DNA of 38,046 nt from an uncultured archaeon (lineage in GTDB: Archaea; Asgardarchaeota; Lokiarchaeia; Sigyniarchaeales; SOKP01): assembly GCA_964583985.1 (NCBI GenBank), contig CAZOYD010000032.1, positions 1 to 38,046 on the forward strand. The letters run 5' to 3'. The position numbers and the translations under genes are program-made. Under the pieces are notes generated by a model. It worked only from the letters and a program-made list of their open reading frames with translations, did not search any database and was not told the origin of the DNA. Position 1 is the first letter of the stretch; each line of letters starts with the position of its first letter. Positions 28,453 through 36,462 of this stretch are shown piece after piece.

Positions 28453-28731
28453 ATGAGCGAATTTGATGGGAAACATTGTACTCAATGTGGTGGCGATTCA
28501 TTTCGGTTAGCCCATGATGAATGGATGAGAAGAACTTTTCGGTTTGTCGAGAAAGGTCAATTAAAACTTTGTGAAAAATGTGGAAGTAAATACCTAATTT
28601 GTCAACAATGTGGTTCTCTTTTTACAAGGGTACATCCTGCTTTAGAAGCTTGGGAAGTTAATCAAAAATGTGTTGTTTGCGGATTTGAGGATCCGGAAGT
28701 AAAAGCGTGGGATGGCGTTTCAGCTCGTTAA
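28453..28731 (+). CDS. Small multi-zinc-ribbon protein (four CxxC)
   Basis: CTQCG, CEKCG, CQQCG and CVVCG; SD-like TAGGT upstream. Confidence 0.8.
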   Translation: MSEFDGKHCTQCGGDSFRLAHDEWMRRTFRFVEKGQLKLCEKCGSKYLICQQCGSLFTRVHPALEAWEVNQKCVVCGFEDPEVKAWDGVSAR

Positions 28732-28978
28732 CATAATACAATCGTTTTTTTTAAGTAAAATTCTCATTTTTTAAGTTAGATCGTCTCGATTTTAGAGGAT
28801 ATCAATCATTAATAAAATTTGATTCCCATAACAAATTAACGTTATATATCGCTTAAAAATAAAAGGGAGCGAAGATTACATGCAACATAGTTTATTAAGC
28901 ACGCATGAAGAACATTTAAATTTTGATAGTGTATTTAATACTTTATTGATAAAATAAGATACGAGCGTTGAAGATATT

Positions 28979-29443
28979 ATGAGAGAGATACAAATAGAAA
29001 TTGCTACACCAGAAAACATCGACTCTTTAGAAAACCTCACAAAAGAATTAGTAGAATCATTAGGACAAACTTTTGATCCAAAACGTTTTGATTGGGGAAT
29101 AAGACGCAGGATATTCGATAGTTTGCAGCGCCATGGCATATTAATTGCTGTTGATAAAGAAAAAGATAATGAAGTAGTCGGAATGATCATCGCTGAATTG
29201 AGGATTGATCCTTTTGGCACTTCTGAAGGATATATTAAACAAGTTTTTCTTAAAGAAGGATATAGAGGTCTTGGGATTGGTGAATTGTTATTGAAAAAAG
29301 CTATTGAACACCTACAGAAAATAAAAGTCGAAAAGATCAAGGTAAATATAAAAGAGAAAGCCAAAGAGGCAGCTAGTTTGTACTCGAAAATGAATTTTAA
29401 AAAAGTGTATGAAGTTTTGGAACTAGATCTTACGGGAAATTAG
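28979..29443 (+). CDS. GNAT-family N-acetyltransferase
   Basis: Motif A VFLKEGYRGLGIGELLL; motif B AASLYSKMNF. Confidence 0.88.
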   Translation: MREIQIEIATPENIDSLENLTKELVESLGQTFDPKRFDWGIRRRIFDSLQRHGILIAVDKEKDNEVVGMIIAELRIDPFGTSEGYIKQVFLKEGYRGLGIGELLLKKAIEHLQKIKVEKIKVNIKEKAKEAASLYSKMNFKKVYEVLELDLTGN

Positions 29444-29459
29444 TGAAACAAGTTAGAAT

Positions 29460-30443
29460 GTGATTGTAAGATTGATCGATTTAGAGACTCCTTGGGTTGA
29501 AAAATACCGTCCAACGTCTTTTGGGGAGATTGTTAGCCAAAATGCAGCGATTAATAATCTAAAAGATTTTGTATTGAAAGAAGACATACCCCACATGATC
29601 TTCACCGGTCCTGCAGGCACGGGAAAGACGAGTACAGCGTTAATCATCGCAAAAACAATGGTAGGGAAAAAATCTTATCATAGAAACGTGCTGGAATTAA
29701 ACGCTTCCGACACCGTGAGGATGGATTATGTTAGAACGGTGATTAAGAATTTTATTAATCATTCCTTGATAATTGAAAAAAACTCCTTAAAATTCGTTAT
29801 TTTAGATGAAGCGGATAATATTCCAGGTCAAGTCCAGCAAACATTAAGAAGAATTATTGAAAAAACTTCGAATTCAGTAAAATTTATCTTAATGTGTAAT
29901 TACATTAATAAAATTATAGATCCAATCATTTCTAGATGTGCTGTTTTTAGGTTTGCAAATTTGAGCAGAGAAATGGTTATAAATCGGTTAAAGTTTATCT
30001 CAAAACAGGAGAATTTAAAAATCCCAAAGGAAAAATCGGTTGAATTCTTTGAAACCCTTTATTTTATTTCAGGAGGAGATTTAAGAAAAGCAATCAACAC
30101 GTTACAGATGTCAGTTGCCCTTGAAATGTTGGATGATTTGGATTTAGATGAGTTATTCAAGATTTCGGGGTATGTTGATAAAAATACAATGAATCGATTA
30201 GTTCTTAATTTAAATAATCATAATATGGGAAAAATAAAAGATCTGTTGGGTTCAATTGAAAATTTCGATAGTAGAAATTTCATACGTCAAATTGTTGAGA
30301 TTTTACCAAAACTAAATATAAATAAAGACAAACAACCATTAATTAATGCATTTATAGGGGAAATTGATTATCGAATAAGTCAGGGTGCAGATGAACGGAT
30401 TCAGATGACTGCTTTATTATCAGAACTAATGAGAGGTCGATAA
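29460..30443 (+). CDS. rfcS: Replication factor C small subunit
   Basis: PWVEKYRP, GPAGTGKT, LELNASD, ILDEAD, IISRC and GGDLRKAIN. Confidence 0.93.
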   Translation: MIVRLIDLETPWVEKYRPTSFGEIVSQNAAINNLKDFVLKEDIPHMIFTGPAGTGKTSTALIIAKTMVGKKSYHRNVLELNASDTVRMDYVRTVIKNFINHSLIIEKNSLKFVILDEADNIPGQVQQTLRRIIEKTSNSVKFILMCNYINKIIDPIISRCAVFRFANLSREMVINRLKFISKQENLKIPKEKSVEFFETLYFISGGDLRKAINTLQMSVALEMLDDLDLDELFKISGYVDKNTMNRLVLNLNNHNMGKIKDLLGSIENFDSRNFIRQIVEILPKLNINKDKQPLINAFIGEIDYRISQGADERIQMTALLSELMRGR

Positions 30444-30444
30444 T

Positions 30445-31491
30445 TTGAGTGAAGATATTCCAATATGGAGGATCAAATACTTACCCAAGACTCTTGATGA
30501 AGTTTACGGAAGATCTGATGTGAAAAATAAATTAAAAGAATATATTAATAGTAAGAATTTTCCTCATTTACTTTTCCTTGGACCAGAAGGGATCGGTAAA
30601 ACAACTATCGCAAGATTATTCTCTCAAGAATTTCTCGGTTCGTTTTATGAACCTAACTTAAAAATCGTGTATGCTGACGTTCCCTTAACAAGCGAAGAGC
30701 GAACCAAAGCTCGATCGGAAGCCCATTATTCAACTAATAAAATAGGTCGCTTAGCAGGAATGACTATCACTACTCCAGCATTCATCCAAGTGCAAATAAA
30801 ACCATTTGTAAGGGTGAAAGCAATGGGTGATGTTCCATTTAAAATTGTGATCGTGAAGAATTTTGAAACTCTAAGTTCTGATCAGCAAGGATTTAGAAGA
30901 TTGATGGAAAGCTTTGGTTCTAATTGTCGCATGATCCTCATATCACATAATATATCAGGGATAATTGATCCGATTAAAAGTAGATGTCAGCTTGTGATGA
31001 TACCTCCCATAAATGTTAAAGAATTCGAGGTATTGATTAAAACCGTTGCCAAAAATGAAAAAATCATGATAGAAAACGGGACTGAAGAAATTCTATATAA
31101 AATCACAAAAGGGAAAATAGCAAAAGCAATCGATTTGCTTCAAATTGCTTCAATCAATGATAACACGGTGAGTGTTGAAAAACTATACGAAAACTCAATG
31201 GTTTTTCACAAGGATTTGATTCGGAGTCTCCTTTTAATGACATTGAAAGGACAATTTCATAAGGCGAGGGAGCTATCTAGAAAGATCCAATCAAATTATA
31301 AATATACTGTTCAAGAATTATTTATCTTGCTTTACAATGAATTGACTAAGATCCCACTTGGAACTTATGCTTTGGCAAATTGTATAAACGTGATAGCAGA
31401 TGCAGACTTTCGTGCAATAGATGGACGGGATTCAGACATCCAGATTTCAAACTTGCTTTCTAAGTTATGTTACTATTCAGAATTCTTATAG
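30445..31491 (+). CDS. rfcS: Second, divergent RFC small subunit
   Basis: IWRIKYLP, Walker A GPEGIGKT, QQGFRRLME and IIDPIKSRC; Walker B degenerate (IVIVKNFETL). Confidence 0.85.
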   Translation: MSEDIPIWRIKYLPKTLDEVYGRSDVKNKLKEYINSKNFPHLLFLGPEGIGKTTIARLFSQEFLGSFYEPNLKIVYADVPLTSEERTKARSEAHYSTNKIGRLAGMTITTPAFIQVQIKPFVRVKAMGDVPFKIVIVKNFETLSSDQQGFRRLMESFGSNCRMILISHNISGIIDPIKSRCQLVMIPPINVKEFEVLIKTVAKNEKIMIENGTEEILYKITKGKIAKAIDLLQIASINDNTVSVEKLYENSMVFHKDLIRSLLLMTLKGQFHKARELSRKIQSNYKYTVQELFILLYNELTKIPLGTYALANCINVIADADFRAIDGRDSDIQISNLLSKLCYYSEFL

Positions 31492-32871
31492 GTGAAGAAC
31501 ATGAGTGAATCATCATTAAATAAAATGCCTTGGGTAGAAAAGTACCGTCCAAAATCAATGAGTGAAATGGCATTACCTTCCGCTAAATTAAAGGGTCATA
31601 AAGTTGATCTCTCAGAAGAATTAAAAAAATTTATTATCATCTTTTTTCAAGAAAAAAAAAAAATCAATGATGAAAATCATAAAATCAAATCATTCAATCG
31701 CACACATGAAGAAAAAGAGCAAAAAAAATTAATAAAAATATCTCCGGATAAAGTAGCGGTGTTATTAGAAGGACCTCCTGGTGTAGGAAAGACATCAATA
31801 GTATATGCTCTTGCAAACGATTTAAATTTGGATGTTATTGAGACAAATGCATCAGATGTGAGAACTAAAAAGGGTCTTGAGTCTAAATTAAATGAAAGTA
31901 TAAAATCTAGAGGAATTATGGATTTTATTTCTCAATCCAAGGATAAAATTCTTCTTATTGATGAAATTGATGGGCTCTATGGTGTAGCCGATAAGGGAGC
32001 CGTGCCAACAATTTTGAATATTATTGATTCCACCCAATTTCCAATAATAATGTGCTCAAATGAATACAAACAAAACCTACAACCATTGTATAACAAGATT
32101 CATAAATTAGAAATAAATCCATTATCCCAAGATGAGGTATTAAGAATTGCACAACGAATCTTGATCAAAGAAAAAATTACTAACCTTCAAGAAGGAATGA
32201 TAAATTCAATAATTGAGAAAAATCATGGTGATTTACGAGGAGTAATTAATGATCTTCAGGGTATTAGTCAAGGAAGTAGTGGAAAACTCGATTCAGAATT
32301 AATAAATAGTTTAAATAGGGATAGTACTGAAGAAATATTTCTGATCATTCGGGATTTGTTTCAAAATGTATCAACATTGAAACAAGCAAGGGATTTGACG
32401 AATAAATCTGATGTTGACTATAATTTTTTATATAAATGGGTTAATGAAAACATCCCATCGTTCATAAAATTGAATTCAGAGCTTGCTGTAGCATATGATA
32501 ATTTATCTATTGCTGATGAAATATTTGGTAGGATTCAAAAAACCCAAAATTGGTCGACATTACCATATTTCTATGACCTTTTTGCTGGGGGAGTATCTTT
32601 ATCTCAAAAATCTAGAAAAGAGAATCAAGGATTTAGAAAAGTATCTTTTCCAAGATATATATCAACAGGAATGTTTTCCTTAAACGCTAATGAACGTTTA
32701 GTAGTGGAAAAGATTAAGAAGAAATATGAAATATCTGAAATTGAAGCAATACAAGATTTTCTTCCATTTCTAAGAGTATTAGCTAGCGTTTCACGAAAAC
32801 AACTAAAACTAGTAAGTGATTGGTTGGAGTTAGATGCAACCGAAAAGAAACTTCTCAAAATCGATTCATAA
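31492..32871 (+). CDS. rfcL: Replication factor C large subunit
   Basis: PWVEKYRP, GPPGVGKT, IETNASDVR, LIDEIDG, GDLRGVINDLQ, WVNENIP and ADEIFGRI. The likely start is ATG 31501. Confidence 0.92.
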   Translation: MKNMSESSLNKMPWVEKYRPKSMSEMALPSAKLKGHKVDLSEELKKFIIIFFQEKKKINDENHKIKSFNRTHEEKEQKKLIKISPDKVAVLLEGPPGVGKTSIVYALANDLNLDVIETNASDVRTKKGLESKLNESIKSRGIMDFISQSKDKILLIDEIDGLYGVADKGAVPTILNIIDSTQFPIIMCSNEYKQNLQPLYNKIHKLEINPLSQDEVLRIAQRILIKEKITNLQEGMINSIIEKNHGDLRGVINDLQGISQGSSGKLDSELINSLNRDSTEEIFLIIRDLFQNVSTLKQARDLTNKSDVDYNFLYKWVNENIPSFIKLNSELAVAYDNLSIADEIFGRIQKTQNWSTLPYFYDLFAGGVSLSQKSRKENQGFRKVSFPRYISTGMFSLNANERLVVEKIKKKYEISEIEAIQDFLPFLRVLASVSRKQLKLVSDWLELDATEKKLLKIDS

Positions 32872-32877
32872 AAATAA

Positions 32878-32895
32878 TTACTCTTTTTTGAGTAA
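32878..32895 (+). terminator. Short hairpin with T-rich loop after rfcL
   Basis: TTACTC-TTTTTT-GAGTAA, 6 nt downstream of the stop codon. Confidence 0.45.
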
Positions 32896-33100
32896 GTGTT
32901 ATTATTAAATATAATACCAGATTAAGTCAGAATCTTGAGTTAAGCATTAGTATTAATAAATTTGGGTTAAATTTTTTCTGGATGGTGTTGAAAGTCTCAA
33001 GATTTCTGCAATAACTACTTTTTGATTTTTAAAATCGTATATATATATCTACCCAAATAGTTTTAAATAGAAATAAATTTTGTAACCTAATATTATCAAA

Positions 33101-33787
33101 ATGAAACGTAAGATTAAGATGGAAATAGAATTACATGGAGAAAAGGAAAGTGCAACATCAATGTCGAAAAGCACGCGTTTAACACTTGAAGTTACAGGTG
33201 CTGCTTTATTTGGTGCACTATCTCTTGTTCTTTCAGCATTTACAACTGAAATCATACCGAGAGTTCCCGGTTGGGGTATTGCAATCATTGATCCCGTATC
33301 TATCTTATGGATCACGTGTTTTTTGATTTTTGGGCCGAAATCAGGCTTATTATGTTGCTTTATTGGTACTCTTGCTCTTTTCCCATTCGATCCATATGCC
33401 CCAATAGGTCCCTTGATGAAATTCGCAGCTACAGTATCTCTAATTATCGTTCCAATACTGTTATTAAAGCTTTATAAAATCGAACCGGGTCTTCGAAATA
33501 GTCAAAAATATAAAAAATTAACATCGTATATCTTCACTGGGTTATTAGGAGTCGGATTAAGAATCATAGTAATGATGATATTTAATGTATGGTTATTCTT
33601 AACTTTATGGTCGAGCTTTTTGGGTGGTACAAATTTAGGATTTATTGGATTACCTTCTGTAAATGGTTGGAGTGCCTTGATATTTGGTGTGATTCTTATA
33701 AATGCCGAAACGAGCGTTTGGGATTTACTTATCCCTTATCTAATAGTATATGGCTTAAAATTGGATCAGAAATATGAAATCTGGTAG
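33101..33787 (+). CDS. ECF transporter S-component-like membrane protein
   Basis: GAALFGALSLVLS...IIDPVSILWITCFLIFGPKSG...IGPLMKFAA; about 5-6 TM. The likely start is ATG 33161 or 33120. Confidence 0.65.
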   Translation: MKRKIKMEIELHGEKESATSMSKSTRLTLEVTGAALFGALSLVLSAFTTEIIPRVPGWGIAIIDPVSILWITCFLIFGPKSGLLCCFIGTLALFPFDPYAPIGPLMKFAATVSLIIVPILLLKLYKIEPGLRNSQKYKKLTSYIFTGLLGVGLRIIVMMIFNVWLFLTLWSSFLGGTNLGFIGLPSVNGWSALIFGVILINAETSVWDLLIPYLIVYGLKLDQKYEIW

Positions 33788-33893
33788 AATTAGTATTACA
33801 TTATCAAGAAATACCTCTAATATAATATCTTCTTTTTATTTTCTTTTGATATATTTCAAAATACTTTAAAATATAAGATGAATTTGTAGAATT

Positions 33894-35165
33894 ATGAACT
33901 TATCAGCCGAAGTTCAAGATCTTATCTTAAATGAAGTAATAGAACGATTTTTAAAATATGTCCAAGTATGGACTACATCAGATAGTAATTCATCATCATC
34001 TCACCCCTCAAGTGTGAACCAACTTGAATTAGGAAAGATATTAGTTGAAGAATTAAAAGAATTGGGGTTAGAAAATATAGTGCATGATGAACATGGTTAT
34101 GTATATGCGAATTTACCAGCATCGGTTGGATTAGAGAAAGTACAACCTATTGGGCTAATTGCTCACTTGGATACTTCTGAAGCAGTAAGTGGGAAAAATG
34201 TAAAGCCGATATTCCATAGAAATTACAGAGGAGGGTCAATTAAGCTCCCAAATATTGAGGATTTAGAAATTTCCTTAAAAGATGCTCCTGAATTGGAAGA
34301 ATATATCGGGCTTGATATTATAACGTCCTCTGGTGATACGTTATTAGGAGCTGATGATAAAGCGGGTATTGCTGAGATTATGACCGCTTGTAAAATATGG
34401 CAGAAATACCCCGAATTTACTCACGGTCCAATAACCTTATGTTTTACTCCCGATGAGGAGATAGGAAAGGGAACTGAAAAAATTGATAAAAATCGATTAC
34501 CTGAAGCATGCTATACATTAGATGGAGGAAAAATGGGGGAATTAGAATATGAATGTTTCGATGCGTGGTTAGCTGAAATCAAGTTCATAGGATTAAGTGT
34601 CCATCCAGGTCATGCAAAAAACAAGATGATAAACGCGATCCATATTGCATGCCGATTTTTCAGCAATATCCCAGAATCGGAAAGCCCGGAACATACTGAG
34701 GAACGCGAAGGATTTTTCCATTTATCTGATTTAAAAGGAGATGAAGAGGAAGCAACAGCAAAACTTCTCATCAGAGATCACGATGCAGAAAATAACAATA
34801 GAAGAATTGATTATATAAAATCACTAAAAAATTTATTCGAGATTCGTTATCTTGGATTAAAGATTGATCTCAATTTTACGCATCAATACAAAAACATGCT
34901 GGTCTATATGGAAAAAGATAAGCACGTTATCGAGATTGCAAGGAAAGCCATTGAGGAAGCGGGATTAGAAGTCAATTCTCCTGCCATACGTGGAGGCACT
35001 GATGGTGCGAGGTTGAGTGAAATGGGAATCCCAACACCCAATCTATTTGGTGGAGGATCTCTATTTCATTCGAGAAAGGAGTTTATTCCTACAAAAGGAA
35101 TGTTGAAAGCAACTGAAGTGATCCTCAATTTAGCTCGTTTATGGAGTTTAGAAAAAAAAAAATAA
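33894..35165 (+). CDS. pepT: Peptidase T (M20B tripeptide aminopeptidase)
   Basis: IAHLDTS, TLLGADDKAGIAEI, FTPDEEIG, HPGHAKNKMINA, IRGGTDG and FHSRKEF. Confidence 0.95.
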   Translation: MNLSAEVQDLILNEVIERFLKYVQVWTTSDSNSSSSHPSSVNQLELGKILVEELKELGLENIVHDEHGYVYANLPASVGLEKVQPIGLIAHLDTSEAVSGKNVKPIFHRNYRGGSIKLPNIEDLEISLKDAPELEEYIGLDIITSSGDTLLGADDKAGIAEIMTACKIWQKYPEFTHGPITLCFTPDEEIGKGTEKIDKNRLPEACYTLDGGKMGELEYECFDAWLAEIKFIGLSVHPGHAKNKMINAIHIACRFFSNIPESESPEHTEEREGFFHLSDLKGDEEEATAKLLIRDHDAENNNRRIDYIKSLKNLFEIRYLGLKIDLNFTHQYKNMLVYMEKDKHVIEIARKAIEEAGLEVNSPAIRGGTDGARLSEMGIPTPNLFGGGSLFHSRKEFIPTKGMLKATEVILNLARLWSLEKKK

Positions 35166-35174
35166 TTTCCATCC

Positions 35175-36407
35175 CTATTTCTTTTCAATTATTTTAGAGA
35201 AATCAGTTACGGCAAAAATCACTATGCATATCGATAATAAAATCGATACATAAATGAAGGCCACCGTGTAAGAGAAAGAGTTATAAATAAAACCGAATAT
35301 TAAAGATTCACCGAGTGAGATTAATCCCACCGAAAGATAATAATATCCATAAGCCCTTCCCCTTTTATTCTTTCCAACAAGATCAGCAATATAAGCTCTC
35401 GAAATAGGATCAACGGATGCCATATAAAATCCAAACATTATCCATACTATTATAATTAAGATCAATGAAAAGAAATTTATATTAACGGGAACTGCTAGTA
35501 TGATAGATAATACTAATAATATAGATAAACCCGTTATAATCACCGGTTTTCTCCCTATTTTATCCGATAAGGAACCCAAGAAGGGTGAAAGAACCATATA
35601 AACGATATTAGAAATCAAATATAGAACTGGTATGAAGAAATCTGCGTATAAATAATCGATTGACCTTAGTTGTAAAAATGATATGTTAATGGATGCAAAT
35701 TCGATCACACCAAGGATGATTATTAACTTTATAAAGTTTTTATCAATTCGATCGACTTTCGGCACCTCAGACTGAAATTTCATTAATTCTGTAAGTTTTG
35801 TTGGATCAACATCTTTTATAAATAGGATCAAAATAATGGCACAGATACCAGGTACAATTGAGAACAAGATGATTTGCTGATAAGTCCATGCAAAATATAG
35901 TAAAATGAATGCTAATACAGCTCCAAGAACTGCTCCAGAAGTATCCATGGCTCGATGAACTCCAAATGATTTTCCTTTCTCAATCGCATAATAGGAAATA
36001 AGCGTATCTCTCGCGGATGTTCGAAGCCCTTTGCCAGCTCTGTCTATAGATTTCAATCCCAATACAATTTCCCAAGAAGGACTGAAAGCCATTAATGGTT
36101 TTGAAAGGTTAGAAACTGTATAACCAGCTACCACAAATGGTTTTCTTCTATTAAATTTATCACTCATCCATCCCGATAATCCTTTTAGAATGTTTGAAAT
36201 TGCTTCAGTTATTCCCGAAATGATCCCGATCGCAAATGCTGATCCCCCGATCGAAATTATAAATAAGGGAAAAAAACTTTGAATTGATTCGCTAGAAATA
36301 TCTGTAAATAGAGAAACTAACCCCAGCATAAATACTGGTATAGTTACTCCAAGTATTAAACGACCCTTATTTTTAGGCTTATCATCTGAAGATTCATTTA
36401 CAACCAT
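35175..36407 (-). CDS. MFS transporter
   Basis: About 12 TM; GWMSDKFNRRK and GSLSDKIGRK motif A copies; DRAGKGLRTSARD and FGVHRAMDTSGA. Confidence 0.92.
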   Translation of the reverse strand: MVVNESSDDKPKNKGRLILGVTIPVFMLGLVSLFTDISSESIQSFFPLFIISIGGSAFAIGIISGITEAISNILKGLSGWMSDKFNRRKPFVVAGYTVSNLSKPLMAFSPSWEIVLGLKSIDRAGKGLRTSARDTLISYYAIEKGKSFGVHRAMDTSGAVLGAVLAFILLYFAWTYQQIILFSIVPGICAIILILFIKDVDPTKLTELMKFQSEVPKVDRIDKNFIKLIIILGVIEFASINISFLQLRSIDYLYADFFIPVLYLISNIVYMVLSPFLGSLSDKIGRKPVIITGLSILLVLSIILAVPVNINFFSLILIIIVWIMFGFYMASVDPISRAYIADLVGKNKRGRAYGYYYLSVGLISLGESLIFGFIYNSFSYTVAFIYVSILLSICIVIFAVTDFSKIIEKK

Positions 36408-36462
36408 AAGAATAGATTATGGGAATGTGGGTTTATTATTAAAAAGGTATGTTTTTTTACTC

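Noticed and set aside
28876-29364. 162-aa minus-strand ORF
   Set aside because: Antisense shadow of the GNAT gene, which has clear motifs.
2574-33777. Short ORF-track entries overlapping larger genes (e.g. 2574-2768, 3066-3269, 5015-5266, 9901-10176, 14984-15298, 21585-21845, 23823-24017, 26778-27026, 27472-27660, 33049-33315)
   Set aside because: They are antisense or alternate-frame shadows of well-supported CDSs and have no recognisable motifs.
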